64,000 bases of DNA from the IMG/VR virus record IMGVR_UViG_3300032897_000001, positions 36,795-100,794 of that record; one strand, written 5' to 3'. The translations under genes and the position numbers were made by a program. The notes beneath the pieces were generated by a model. That model saw only the letters and a program-made list of their open reading frames with translations. It searched no databases and was not told the DNA's origin. Source of the stretch: a virus. This document shows positions 27,270-37,295 of the stretch, in pieces (the first letter of the stretch is position 1; each line of letters opens with the position of its first letter).

Positions 27270-28166
27270 GGATATCGGGGGAGAACTGTTCTTCCCCGGG
27301 TCCCATGCCTCTATGGTGGTAAACCATTCGCCATTCGGCGTAAGACATTGCAAATTGTGCTCTATCTTGCTGATAGTCCATGTGCCATTTGCAGGCGTAA
27401 TGCTGCTTTGAATCTGGACCTGTCCGCCGATTCGCAAATCATTGTTGAACAGGGTCCGTACCTTGATTCCGACGCTCGACTGGGATGGATAGCCTACCAT
27501 CCCAGTTTGTGGAGATATCAAGGGTGTTGCTCCGGAGCGGCTTCCTGTCTTGGGCCAAATCGCTAACACGCCTCTGTCCAGAGTCCAATTGATGCCGGCA
27601 TGTTCCGCAAGAGCCAATGCCTGCGCGCGCGGTGATCCGGGCAAGTAGGGATAGGCTATTTTCACAGACACGCCGTTGTTCTCAAATTGAACTCCCATCT
27701 GGCCTGCGATTTGGTTCATTAATTGCGCGACATCTGCTGACTTGTTGTTAACAGATGTTGGCTTGACATTTAAAGCGTCTTCACGACTGCCGCCATGTGC
27801 GATGACATGAAATGGTAGATTTGGCCCACCTTGGAAGTCTGACACAGCTTGCCAAATTGTTCCCTGATAGACCAACGTCATATTCTGTGGTGCAGGGAAC
27901 CCGGCTGCTCCCTGGGGGACACTAGATTCCCCAGCATACACCTTGATTTGATCTGCTCCGGGCTTCTGCCCTACCCAGCCTAGTGTGGACAACTGATTCA
28001 TGTGTGACAACGTCATTCCATAAATCATAAGATCCAGTTCAGGCATGGAATTTCCTGCCCACGCTACTGCGTGACACGTCATCCGTAAGCCAGCTAAATC
28101 AAGAGCAGAAAATGCCCCGCTACCCGATGTGAATGATGCACTTAGAATTTTAGTAGTGAATGCCAC
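27264..28166 (-). CDS. Baseplate hub protein
   Basis: IYGM...MN.L, FENNGV, ISP.TGMVGYP, H.L....PNG.W. Confidence 0.8.
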   Translation of the reverse strand: MAFTTKILSASFTSGSGAFSALDLAGLRMTCHAVAWAGNSMPELDLMIYGMTLSHMNQLSTLGWVGQKPGADQIKVYAGESSVPQGAAGFPAPQNMTLVYQGTIWQAVSDFQGGPNLPFHVIAHGGSREDALNVKPTSVNNKSADVAQLMNQIAGQMGVQFENNGVSVKIAYPYLPGSPRAQALALAEHAGINWTLDRGVLAIWPKTGSRSGATPLISPQTGMVGYPSQSSVGIKVRTLFNNDLRIGGQVQIQSSITPANGTWTISKIEHNLQCLTPNGEWFTTIEAWDPGKNSSPPISS

Positions 28167-28170
28167 GCCA

Positions 28171-29646
28171 TCACTCCAGTGACGTGTTACTGTGAACTGC
28201 ATACGATCCGACGTTTAGCGCCATCTCAGAAGATGCTGGAGCATGTCCTAATTTGGTATCGGACGTCGTTGTGTTGAAACTCATGCTTCCAATCGTGACA
28301 TTGGAAGCGTTGCTTGTTGTGGTTGCAGACGACACACTACCACGTGTTGCTGCCGCAGCATAGCGCGGCAAATCAAGCGCCGACCGTGGTCCAAGCAGCG
28401 TACGCCCAAAACTATCCGGTGTGCGGTGCTCTAGAGTAGCTGGAACATGTGTGCCGCTAGGCGCTCCAGGTACACTACCTTCTGTTGCTCCAAGAACCCC
28501 TGATGATGGAAGAACGGGGAAAGGTTCCCGAGTGCTTGGCAACAACAAACCCGATCCTGACGCACCTTCTGTTGCAGATGGGAACACACTACGCCACATA
28601 TCACCAAACCAATTTCCAATCCGATTTGGAGGTACAGGCATTCCCCCACGATCAGCATTAGGGGGACGCGTGCCCGATGACGGCGGCACATAAACCGGTG
28701 CTGGCCCTGTACGCGATCCGCCTAACCAAGAAGGTCCCCATGTGGGAGCAGGAATCCCTGTAGGTTGGGCACCGCCACTAGGTCCTTTCAACCATGAAGG
28801 AAAATCAAAGTCCTTTAATTTTGTTAAAATTTCCTGGAGTCCCACAAGTGCCTTGTGCAGCGGGTTTGCTAATTTTTCCACAACTGCAATTCCGAGATTT
28901 GTTGCTGCTGAAGCAACAGCGCTAAAATCTGTCTGCAATTGCTTCATTGCATCTACAGAAGGCTTTGTGATAGTTCCAACACGCTCGCGTTGAAAACGGA
29001 TGGCTTCCTCAAGTCTGCTTCCCGAAGCAAACAGCGTTATTACCTCTTGAGATACCCCAAGAGACTGCAATCTCTGAAGACGCTCGGCAGTAGATTCATT
29101 TAACCGATCTGCTGCAGCCGTCACATCCTTAAGAATTTTGAAGATATCAAAAAGCCGTGTCTTTGCGTCATAATAATTCCGTTCGTCAATACCATAATAT
29201 TGAAGCGTCCTGCGAATGCCTAGATCAACCTCACCCGTGCCGTGTGGCCCCATCTTCTGTAACGCCTCTTGGAGATGGGCCATCCCCTGGAGCAACCTTT
29301 CCCCCGCGCCACTGCCTGCAACAGCCTCTGCGGCCTGTTTCCACGCAGAAAGTTCCTCTACAGTCCCGCCAATGACTTCGGAGAGGTTCCCAAAACTTGT
29401 CGTTGCCTCTGCCGTGTGTTTCGTCCAGTCTATTGCATGCAAAATAGCTTCAACAGAAAGGAACGCCGCAGCAAGCGGCTGAACGACACGAAACAGTCCT
29501 GTGAATACAGCCTCAAGTCCCTTGGCATGTTGTTCTTGTTGATCACGAGCAGACTTGACTTGTGCTGTTATAGCCCTGAGAGACGTGATAAAATCACGTG
29601 AATCAAGTTGTAGTTCTAGCGCAAGTGTTTCAACTACAGTGGCCAT
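28171..29646 (-). CDS. Tape-measure-like protein 2
   Basis: MATVVETLALELQLD N-terminus, helical body, EELSAWKQAAE..G; Pro/Gly-rich tail. Confidence 0.65.
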   Translation of the reverse strand: MATVVETLALELQLDSRDFITSLRAITAQVKSARDQQEQHAKGLEAVFTGLFRVVQPLAAAFLSVEAILHAIDWTKHTAEATTSFGNLSEVIGGTVEELSAWKQAAEAVAGSGAGERLLQGMAHLQEALQKMGPHGTGEVDLGIRRTLQYYGIDERNYYDAKTRLFDIFKILKDVTAAADRLNESTAERLQRLQSLGVSQEVITLFASGSRLEEAIRFQRERVGTITKPSVDAMKQLQTDFSAVASAATNLGIAVVEKLANPLHKALVGLQEILTKLKDFDFPSWLKGPSGGAQPTGIPAPTWGPSWLGGSRTGPAPVYVPPSSGTRPPNADRGGMPVPPNRIGNWFGDMWRSVFPSATEGASGSGLLLPSTREPFPVLPSSGVLGATEGSVPGAPSGTHVPATLEHRTPDSFGRTLLGPRSALDLPRYAAAATRGSVSSATTTSNASNVTIGSMSFNTTTSDTKLGHAPASSEMALNVGSYAVHSNTSLE

Positions 29647-31557
29647 TTAATTCGCCGGCACCAAGTTCAGTTCCCGACCAACATGATTGCGGATATCGTG
29701 TGCGATTCCTGCCGCATCTGTCGCATGTGTGTTGACAATGACCTGATTAACGTGCGCCTCACTACTCTGTTGAATGATGCGTGGCCGGGACAAGCTTGCA
29801 GCCGCTGCCGCAGCACTTGCACCAGTTGCAACATTTGGCTTTCTCAACAAACTTTGCGGAGATGGCACATAAGGTTTGACAGTGAATCTAGAGTCGGTGG
29901 GGAAGTCCCGTCCATAGCCCATCTGTTCAGCAAGTGGTGCGGATATGTCCACACCGCGCCCTGTCCAAGCAGCCGGACCACGGTCGATCAGCGGCGTTAC
30001 AAACTTCCGTCCATCCGGCGTAGTAACCTCATAAAGGTCACCCATGCGTCCGCCACTTGGCAGGGCAATCCCCGCGGTCGTTGCTGCAGAACGTCCTGAA
30101 GCGGTTCTAATGTCGTTGAACATACTTCCACGAACGGCGGAACCTCCACCACCTCCACCGGGTCCTCGCCACTCGAAATGGCCGAAATCCGGGCTTCGCC
30201 AATCTCCCCCGGAAAGCATGTTATTTTTCTTGAGTATCTCACGAAGCGCTTGTGGGTTGTTCTGTGCCCATTCAGAAAATCTGCGGGTAACAACATTGCG
30301 GCTGATTTGCCCATAATCTATCGCAGTGCCATATGCATGTTGAGACCACATCGCGCGACCCGCGATCGTTCGCCGATTGTATGCTCCAATTTCTTCTACA
30401 GGTGCACCTGCAGCAACCAAATCGTCAACGAACCCCTTCATATCAGATGCTGCAGCCCGATTAACTTTCATCGGTCCTGCTGCCGTCTGCACGGTGATAA
30501 GATCGCTCTCCGTTGGCAACGGTCCGCGCATATAGTTAGCGCCACCACGTGTTCCAGTGCTTGGACCACCCGTGGCAGATGGTGTAACAGATGGAGTTGC
30601 TGTTGGCGCTACAGATGGCATTACAGATGGTGCTGCAGTGCTTCCTTTAAAGGACAAAGGAGTTTTAGCAGCAATTCCGCCACCAGTAATCGTATCTATT
30701 TCTTCAACCGTAGATGTCCCAAATACTGCTTTTTCTATACCACTAACCCACTTGATCGCTCTAAGCGTTAGATCGAGCAATTCGTGTAAAAACGGTTCCA
30801 GCATTGTAACAGTGTTAAGCCGCAACAAATCGGCTGCTGTCCGCACATTGGTGATGTCCGTCTGCAACCGTTCCATCGCCTGTACTTGCGGTGTTGTCGG
30901 TGTTCCTAATTTATTTTTCTGTTTTTCCAGTTCCTCTAGAAGCTGTTTCTGTTTTGTCAAAACGACAATATCACCATAAGACAGTGGCAATCCCGGAAAC
31001 CATTGTCGCGCCTCAGCAGGAGATATTCGCTTGCGTTCAAGCTGTTTAGCAGCTTCCTGTAAGATTTGCTCAGGTTCCATATTTGCCAGGGATTTCCCTG
31101 TCAATTGCCCGAGACTATTCAACCATTGTGGAGGGTGCGCCATAACACCCTGCTTTATAGACACAAGGTCCGACTTCATCTTGGCGAGTGTTGCCAAGAT
31201 TCCTGTATCCGTACCCGCAATGGCACGGAACGCCTGTGCATATAATTGCGTGCGTTCTACTGTGGAATCAATGCTCTCAGCAAACCTGCCCATTGCACTG
31301 CCGGCTTTTGCAACATCTTCAATGAGTTTCTTAAATCCTTCAAATGTCAGGACAATGCCAAATAATTTGGCAACACCTTTAAAAACAGAATCAATCTGGA
31401 AATTGACGTTTTTTATGCTGCGCTCAAAATTAGTACCCTGCTGTTCCAATGCACGTTGCGCCGAAGACATCGCGGCCTGTGCCTGCGATTGCCCTTGGAG
31501 CAACGCTGAAATATCAAGCTCAATCTGAATCGTTATAATGTCGTTAACAGTCGCCAC
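29647..31557 (-). CDS. Tape-measure protein with M15 peptidase and RlpA/DPBB-like domains
   Basis: Follows the chaperone; helical N-half; YN.R...SQHAYGTAID...GGDW..PD..HFE (M15); TASG...IDRGP...RGVDIS (DPBB). Confidence 0.8.
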   Translation of the reverse strand: MATVNDIITIQIELDISALLQGQSQAQAAMSSAQRALEQQGTNFERSIKNVNFQIDSVFKGVAKLFGIVLTFEGFKKLIEDVAKAGSAMGRFAESIDSTVERTQLYAQAFRAIAGTDTGILATLAKMKSDLVSIKQGVMAHPPQWLNSLGQLTGKSLANMEPEQILQEAAKQLERKRISPAEARQWFPGLPLSYGDIVVLTKQKQLLEELEKQKNKLGTPTTPQVQAMERLQTDITNVRTAADLLRLNTVTMLEPFLHELLDLTLRAIKWVSGIEKAVFGTSTVEEIDTITGGGIAAKTPLSFKGSTAAPSVMPSVAPTATPSVTPSATGGPSTGTRGGANYMRGPLPTESDLITVQTAAGPMKVNRAAASDMKGFVDDLVAAGAPVEEIGAYNRRTIAGRAMWSQHAYGTAIDYGQISRNVVTRRFSEWAQNNPQALREILKKNNMLSGGDWRSPDFGHFEWRGPGGGGGGSAVRGSMFNDIRTASGRSAATTAGIALPSGGRMGDLYEVTTPDGRKFVTPLIDRGPAAWTGRGVDISAPLAEQMGYGRDFPTDSRFTVKPYVPSPQSLLRKPNVATGASAAAAAASLSRPRIIQQSSEAHVNQVIVNTHATDAAGIAHDIRNHVGRELNLVPAN

Positions 31558-31558
31558 G

Positions 31559-31810
31559 TTATGCAGTGTCCTGTTTCTTCATTATCATGCGCTGGTTATA
31601 CCGATCCACTGTAATTATTTCCAGCATAGTATACACATCTTCTACACTGTAATGTGTATCTAGTTCAATCAGCGTCGCTTTCCCGGCGGAGAGAATCGCC
31701 GCGACGGCGTTGCCGTATTGGGCTGCTGTATTTGTGTATTCGATAAGTCCCCTGACGTCGGGTTCCCCGATATCGACGATGTCGAGTTGACGCCAGGAAT
31801 GAAAAAACCC
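31559..31810 (-). CDS. -1 frameshift extension of the tail chaperone
   Basis: Slippery G GGT TTT at 31810-31804; the -1 frame is open for 83 codons (…ATLIELDTHYSVEDVYTMLEIITVDRYN…) to TAA just before the TMP start. Confidence 0.8.
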   Translation of the reverse strand, partial: GFFHSWRQLDIVDIGEPDVRGLIEYTNTAAQYGNAVAAILSAGKATLIELDTHYSVEDVYTMLEIITVDRYNQRMIMKKQDTA

Positions 31811-32223
31811 GAATGAAGCGTGAACACCTCTCCGCGTAGTTTTATGAGTGTGGCCACTTCCTCTATGTCCGCGCCTTCACCATCGGCACCAGCCCACATC
31901 AATGCACGGATAATCTCCGGATGTCGCATGTCCGGGCAGATGCTGACACACTGCCACATCTCATCAAGCAGCGGTTCTATATCGCTGAAATTAGCGTGTG
32001 AGAGTGCCTGGAAGCCTGCCACAGCCAACGCCGCCCATCCCCCGCCCATAGCGCTCTCCGGAAGATCTATGCCAGATCGTGCCAATGCCAACAGTGCACG
32101 CGTTGCCCAGCGTTCGGCAACTGATGCCGGCATTTCCTTGATGACGAATGTTTTTCCGAAGTCTCTGTTTATCTCCTTAGTGCCATCAGTAATCCTAACT
32201 AGACTGGTTTTCCGCATAAACAC
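31669..32223 (-). CDS. Tail assembly chaperone (short form)
   Basis: RD.GK.F.I.EMPA..AE.WA.RA...DIEEV.T...LR; lies between tube and tape measure genes. Confidence 0.82.
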   Translation of the reverse strand: MFMRKTSLVRITDGTKEINRDFGKTFVIKEMPASVAERWATRALLALARSGIDLPESAMGGGWAALAVAGFQALSHANFSDIEPLLDEMWQCVSICPDMRHPEIIRALMWAGADGEGADIEEVATLIKLRGEVFTLHSGFFIPGVNSTSSISGNPTSGDLSNTQIQQPNTATPSRRFSPPGKRR

Positions 32224-32226
32224 ACC

Positions 32227-32691
32227 TTACAAAACAGGAGCAGGCGTAACACTTTGCCAAGTAATGCCGTAGCGTCGCGGCTGCAAAAGCTTTTTGACAT
32301 CCGGCAATGGGTGATATTGCGTCAATGCGCCATTGACAAGAGAATATTTAGTCTGTGTCGCTGTAAGGATGATCACACCCTGAGCAAAATACACATCCTT
32401 GGTGACCTGCATGGCGTTCCACCACGCATCAAATAGCGCATTTGATGTGCTGTCTGCTTGAATAGCAATTGTTTGTCTCACCGGAACATAGACAAAACCT
32501 GCAGACAGCAAACCATCCACACCCATCATTACTTCAACAGATGCCAGCGGCTCCGTTGAAAACGAATCATCAGCCGCAAACCCCTGTAGCTGTATGGGTG
32601 TTGCAAACAGCGTTGCTGAGATTTGCGGACTCGCGGCGGGTGGCGATATCGCCAACGTATACACCGCGTTTGCACCGGTTATGCTTGCCAC
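32227..32691 (-). CDS. Tail tube protein
   Basis: LQGFAADD.F...MGVDG.LSAGFV...KK.LQPR; follows the sheath gene. Confidence 0.82.
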   Translation of the reverse strand: MASITGANAVYTLAISPPAASPQISATLFATPIQLQGFAADDSFSTEPLASVEVMMGVDGLLSAGFVYVPVRQTIAIQADSTSNALFDAWWNAMQVTKDVYFAQGVIILTATQTKYSLVNGALTQYHPLPDVKKLLQPRRYGITWQSVTPAPVL

Positions 32692-32703
32692 GTGGTGTTC
32701 TCC

Positions 32704-34677
32704 TTAAAGCACATCAATAGAATTGAGCGTGATCTGCTGAACCGCCTGTCCGTCCATATACCAAAACGTGCATAGCGGCGACCCGCGCGCCTGTCTCACT
32801 GCCACACCAGGATCTGTAACTTGCAAATACCAACCACGCTGATTTAGCGTATTGGAGATATTCAATCCGGCAGCAGCATTGACTTCCGCTATTTCAAGCG
32901 TACTCAGGGTAACACCCGTGCGGAACGCACCGAAATTCAAACCGGCTGCGATGACACCGGCCGCAGCCGCTTCAATCAGCGCATATCCATTCGGATTGTA
33001 CGGTACAGAGTACACCTGAACAAGCAACTCCATAAGAGCCAACTGGAATTGCGCATTCAGCCAAATCTGATTGATATAGCTATCCAACCACTTGAACGGA
33101 CCCGACACCGATCCGGGATAGAAAAACACGAATTGCTGTGCCGCAGTGGCATAAGCACCGTAGAAGTTATATCCGTTAGCGATCAGGTTCTGTGCCACAG
33201 TCGCGTTTGTTACACTTGCTGTCAATCCAGACTGCGATCGGAAAGCAAAGGTAATACGGCCATTAAGCTGGTTAAAGTTTATGGACGCTGCAGCGCCGGA
33301 TATGAAACACTCTAAAAGTTGGTCGGTTGGCTGCCATATAAGACACGTTCCCGTGTAATTGCCTTGCTGTAGGGCATAGCCATAGCTGCCCGTTGCGGGA
33401 ACGGTTAGAGTCGGACTCGGGTCCGTGTCCCACGTAATGAACGCATATTGCTGATTCTGCGGCGCTTGTGCCACCCATTGCGAAAACAGTAACTTCTGTG
33501 CTCCCCCTGGAACGCCGAAATCCGGATCAAATGCCGTCATGAACGTTGCCCAGTTTTGGGTAATCGCCGTGACAGAAGACATGAACGCGCCCGGAGTCGT
33601 CGCATCTGCTCCTTGAGACAATACGGCGCCTGTTGCCGCTGTCCAAAGCAACAATGCTGCGGCTGGTCCTGTTGCATATGCAACAGTCGATTCTATCCCG
33701 ATAACGCCGGAAGTTATTACAAATCCGCCAGACACAGAGTCATAGGTTACAGAGACAGACTGCGCTTGCATGGTAAGCGCAACAGTGGTGCCTATGGTCT
33801 GAGAATTAGTGACATAGTATGTGCCAACCGTACCTGTGCCCGTTCCAAGCTGTTTGATAACCGTATTAGCCAGTGGACTTGATCCTGTAACGGTTCCCGT
33901 TACAGCCTGCCCTACAGAGATTGTTCCAGTGAGCACCGACGATACAGTTAGTAGTCCATAAGTTGAGGATAAAGTCCCGCTAACTACTGCCTGCGCTATG
34001 GACACGGCATAAGTGCCAACGCCACCTGCTGATCCTGTGGTGACAGTAAGTTGCTCTCCAATCAGCGTGCCTGCTGCAACACCGCCAAGAGTGCCCATTG
34101 CACTGCCATCTATGATCGTTCCACCGATTACTTGTGTAACCGTAAGCACATTACCCTGGATCGATCCGACAAATGATGCTGTTTGTGGTCCAATACTGCC
34201 TGTTACAGTTGCGAGAGTCACAGCATTGTTGTTAAGCGTTGTTTGAATCAGCGTCGCTGCTGCTGAAAAACTTGTTGCAGATGACAAGTTTATCGTGCCC
34301 GTTCGCGCGGAACCATCAACAACAACACTTAATGCACCATTTATTCCCTGCAGAGCAGGTAACGTCAGTGTCGAAATATTCCCGCCACGCATATAAGCAG
34401 ACACGTGATATGCCGGCATTTGAGCAAACAACAAAGCCTGCGGCACACCGGATGCGCCAGTGAATCCGGTAAAATACACATTGCTCATCAGTGTTTCGTG
34501 TGCAGATGCACCAAAATATGTACTGACATTGGCGGCAGTGGCAAAAGACGCCACTGTACCAATCGGCACACGTGTATTTTGCGTAATAATCAGGCCAATT
34601 ACATTAAGTTGATTGCCCGTCGCCCCCAAAACCCCGGGGATGACGTTCACTATTTGAGATGCCGGGATTGTAGTCAT
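32704..34677 (-). CDS. Tail sheath protein, DUF3383 family, with inserted repeat domain
   Basis: IPASQIVNV.PGV, TQNWATF, W.DSYINQIWLN, PYN..GY.LI, R.SP...FWY.DG. Confidence 0.88.
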   Translation of the reverse strand: MTTIPASQIVNVIPGVLGATGNQLNVIGLIITQNTRVPIGTVASFATAANVSTYFGASAHETLMSNVYFTGFTGASGVPQALLFAQMPAYHVSAYMRGGNISTLTLPALQGINGALSVVVDGSARTGTINLSSATSFSAAATLIQTTLNNNAVTLATVTGSIGPQTASFVGSIQGNVLTVTQVIGGTIIDGSAMGTLGGVAAGTLIGEQLTVTTGSAGGVGTYAVSIAQAVVSGTLSSTYGLLTVSSVLTGTISVGQAVTGTVTGSSPLANTVIKQLGTGTGTVGTYYVTNSQTIGTTVALTMQAQSVSVTYDSVSGGFVITSGVIGIESTVAYATGPAAALLLWTAATGAVLSQGADATTPGAFMSSVTAITQNWATFMTAFDPDFGVPGGAQKLLFSQWVAQAPQNQQYAFITWDTDPSPTLTVPATGSYGYALQQGNYTGTCLIWQPTDQLLECFISGAAASINFNQLNGRITFAFRSQSGLTASVTNATVAQNLIANGYNFYGAYATAAQQFVFFYPGSVSGPFKWLDSYINQIWLNAQFQLALMELLVQVYSVPYNPNGYALIEAAAAGVIAAGLNFGAFRTGVTLSTLEIAEVNAAAGLNISNTLNQRGWYLQVTDPGVAVRQARGSPLCTFWYMDGQAVQQITLNSIDVL

Positions 34678-34717
34678 TCGGGACTCCCGTTGAACAAAGT
34701 GCTCAACCTATATTGTG

Positions 34718-35512
34718 TCATGGAGGATACGTTGCTTGCACACTCAGCGGACTGATTTTCAAAGTTCCCGCAAACATCTGCGGTGCGACAACAACTTGAT
34801 TCACTTGTACATGTGCATCAATCGTCCATCGTAGTTCGTATTGCATTTCGCCAAACACCTGCGACATCTGGCGAGGATCATCCGCGTAAAGCGGCTTTAC
34901 ACCGTCATAGGGCAAAGCCAGTGTTCCGCCGATAGGGATGGGCGCCCATCCTTGTGGTGTGGCGCCGTACCCAGAGAAAAACTGAAAAGAGTAGTTATCA
35001 CGAAACAGCGTCGAAATAATCTGCGCATTTTCAGCGCTGTTTGGTCCATATACGTCTATCTGGATAGTTTCCTCAGTCGGCTGCAAAGCCAAAAACACAC
35101 CACAAGCAAACGTCTGTGACGGTATGACACCAAGTGCACCACTGATGGAATATGTACCTGTTCCGCCGGTTCCGCTGATAGTTCCTGTTATATATGTCAC
35201 GGTTCCTGTTGCGAGACCCGTTCCAAACAATTGATTGCCTGCATTGATAGTGCCGTGAAGGATGTTGCTGACATTAAGTGTCGTTCCAGAAATACTACCG
35301 GAAAAAGCACAATCAGCGTAAAGATTTACGTTAGTTTCCAGACGCTTCATCATAATTGGCGTCATTACAACATAGTCTGGTCCTAGCGGACCGGAAACAC
35401 GGTTTTGTTGCCCACGAATAACTTCAACACTTACAGGCAGGACATTTATCAAAAAATTCCTGACTGCCGATAAAACGTCAATCTGTGTTGGCGACGTCGT
35501 GGGGAGCGTCAC
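34718..35512 (-). CDS. Neck / tail terminator protein
   Basis: GQQNRV, IQIDVYG, TLFRD, PLYADDP.Q. Confidence 0.75.
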   Translation of the reverse strand: MTLPTTSPTQIDVLSAVRNFLINVLPVSVEVIRGQQNRVSGPLGPDYVVMTPIMMKRLETNVNLYADCAFSGSISGTTLNVSNILHGTINAGNQLFGTGLATGTVTYITGTISGTGGTGTYSISGALGVIPSQTFACGVFLALQPTEETIQIDVYGPNSAENAQIISTLFRDNYSFQFFSGYGATPQGWAPIPIGGTLALPYDGVKPLYADDPRQMSQVFGEMQYELRWTIDAHVQVNQVVVAPQMFAGTLKISPLSVQATYPP

Positions 35513-35515
35513 AGA

Positions 35516-35812
35516 TCATCCCGCCACGCGATAGTAAAGAATGTCCACCGTTGCTGATCCGGTTTGAGATATGATCAGCACTTGCGAAAGATTGCCACTG
35601 TATTCAAAAGATGACACACCGCCTGCAGAGACACTAAGGGGGAACCCCACAGACGCTGTGGGCGCAACGCCATCATCTCGAAAACGAACGGCATTACTTT
35701 CCACTGTAAGGAGCGCGATCGTTGCCCCTGTGGGCACTGTCAACGCAAGTGCCGTTCCCGATACTGTTAGCTGTTGGTAACCCAACGAGACATATCTTTG
35801 CGGTAAGAACAT
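35516..35812 (-). CDS. Small virion protein, paralogue A
   Basis: LGYQQLT...VPTGAT..L.TVE...VR.RDDG.APT. Confidence 0.75.
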   Translation of the reverse strand: MFLPQRYVSLGYQQLTVSGTALALTVPTGATIALLTVESNAVRFRDDGVAPTASVGFPLSVSAGGVSSFEYSGNLSQVLIISQTGSATVDILYYRVAG

Positions 35813-36106
35813 TCAACCAACCCCGCGATAAAACAAGAGATCCACCGTAACCGAAGTCGCACCCTGTGCAATGAATTGAAGATTGCTCACTGTGCCCGAA
35901 TATTCCAATGGAAGATTCCCCGAGCTTGCTGGCAACAGGGGCTGTCCGGAAAGCGCTGTTGGTGCGGTACCGTCATCCCGCATTCGGACGCCGGAGCCTT
36001 CCACCGTAATAAGCACTGCAGTCGCGCCTGTGGGCACAGTCGGAACCAAGACAGTGGTGCCTGTCAACTGTTGGTAGCCAAGCGGGGCCATAAGCTGGCT
36101 AAACAT
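35813..36106 (-). CDS. Small virion protein, paralogue B
   Basis: Same motifs as 35516-35812. Confidence 0.75.
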   Translation of the reverse strand: MFSQLMAPLGYQQLTGTTVLVPTVPTGATAVLITVEGSGVRMRDDGTAPTALSGQPLLPASSGNLPLEYSGTVSNLQFIAQGATSVTVDLLFYRGVG

Positions 36107-36471
36107 CAGACTTCAAACACCATGCGTTGCGTGATCACGTCGAAAGTCTGGTTTGCTGCAAACCACTCCTGCCAAAATGCATCCGAGATGTCTGTCACAC
36201 CGTATTCGTGTACAGCGAAGTCCTGCGTTGCTGTCTGTTTGAGACGGGATACTGTATCTACTACGCGTTTATGTGTGGCTGTTGCCACGTCCCGTGATGG
36301 CGTGCGGACTGCCTCTGACTGTGGCAGCAACGTCGGCTCTCCAGCGGGTCCAGATAGCTGTACAGTAATCGCTCGCCCATTAGGACGATGGAGAGCAAGC
36401 ACCATTCCACCGGGCCATCTGCAGGCTATTTTGGCCATGTTCTGTCTCTCCTGAGAAGGTGTGTCAGTCAA
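36106..36471 (-). CDS. Hypothetical protein related to 47348-47887
   Basis: IACRWPGG.VL...YG.T.I...FW.EW resembles VACKLPQGVIL...YALT.GI..DFWEQW. Confidence 0.65.
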   Translation of the reverse strand: MTDTPSQERQNMAKIACRWPGGMVLALHRPNGRAITVQLSGPAGEPTLLPQSEAVRTPSRDVATATHKRVVDTVSRLKQTATQDFAVHEYGVTDISDAFWQEWFAANQTFDVITQRMVFEV

Positions 36472-36907
36472 CTTGGTGTGCGATGCTGTTCACCATGACA
36501 GCCGTATCAATCAAAGGTTTATCAAAACCCTTTTTCTCTATCGTAACGGGAGAAAGTGCGGGTTCCACCAGATCGTTTATCGATTGCCTGAGTTGCCCTG
36601 CAATGGCGTCACCAGCTTGTCCTAGAGTCTGCTTGGCATTGTAATTGTTTGCTAAAAGAAGCCGCGCAATCGCCCCAGGCCACTCATTTTCATGCTTGGC
36701 AATCATACGGCGGAAGAACGGTCGTGGTGGCTGTTTGCGTGACGGCACGCCAAATTCATTCATCGCTGCAACCAACGGCACGGATGTTCCGTCCGGATAC
36801 GTCGCGTTTTCCATAAACCCGACTTTCAGCAACTTTCCATTTCTGATATTCTTGGTTATGTCGGCAAGTCTGACAACGATCTTGCTACCACCTTTAAGCC
36901 GTGCCAT
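36464..36907 (-). CDS. Neck / tail completion protein
   Basis: VGF.E.ATYPDG..V..VA..NEFG...PPRPF.R...KGFDKPLIDT. Confidence 0.8.
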   Translation of the reverse strand: MARLKGGSKIVVRLADITKNIRNGKLLKVGFMENATYPDGTSVPLVAAMNEFGVPSRKQPPRPFFRRMIAKHENEWPGAIARLLLANNYNAKQTLGQAGDAIAGQLRQSINDLVEPALSPVTIEKKGFDKPLIDTAVMVNSIAHQVD

Positions 36908-36911
36908 CTGC

Positions 36912-37286
36912 CTATCTCAGTTGTTCTGTTACAGAAATCTTCACCCAATCGGGCCACAACTCCATGACAGATGTGGTCAGCCAAATTGTGCCATCAGGAA
37001 ACGTGATAAGATCACCACCCTTTTGAGAAAGTCGCACAATAGCGTCAACTTCTCCGTTGAGATAGATGACACGGCTGGAGCCTTGGATGTTCAAGGCTTC
37101 TAATTGCCGCAGATCACGTGTCGTCAATTCCTGGACTTGTGCGATAGCAGTAAATGGTGTCGCATATGTCGGAACTAGTGTGCCGTCTGCGGCAGGTGCT
37201 GCCGCCCCTGTAGATATACGAACGGTTATATTAATCATGGGATTGACTGCGGTAATATTGCCAGAAACAATCCCATGAAGATTCAT
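36912..37286 (-). CDS. Head closure / head-tail joining protein
   Basis: MNLHGIV...I..VNP...QVQ.L...GGDL...W.....E.WPDW. Confidence 0.78.
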   Translation of the reverse strand: MNLHGIVSGNITAVNPMINITVRISTGAAAPAADGTLVPTYATPFTAIAQVQELTTRDLRQLEALNIQGSSRVIYLNGEVDAIVRLSQKGGDLITFPDGTIWLTTSVMELWPDWVKISVTEQLR

Positions 37287-37295
37287 GACGAATGC

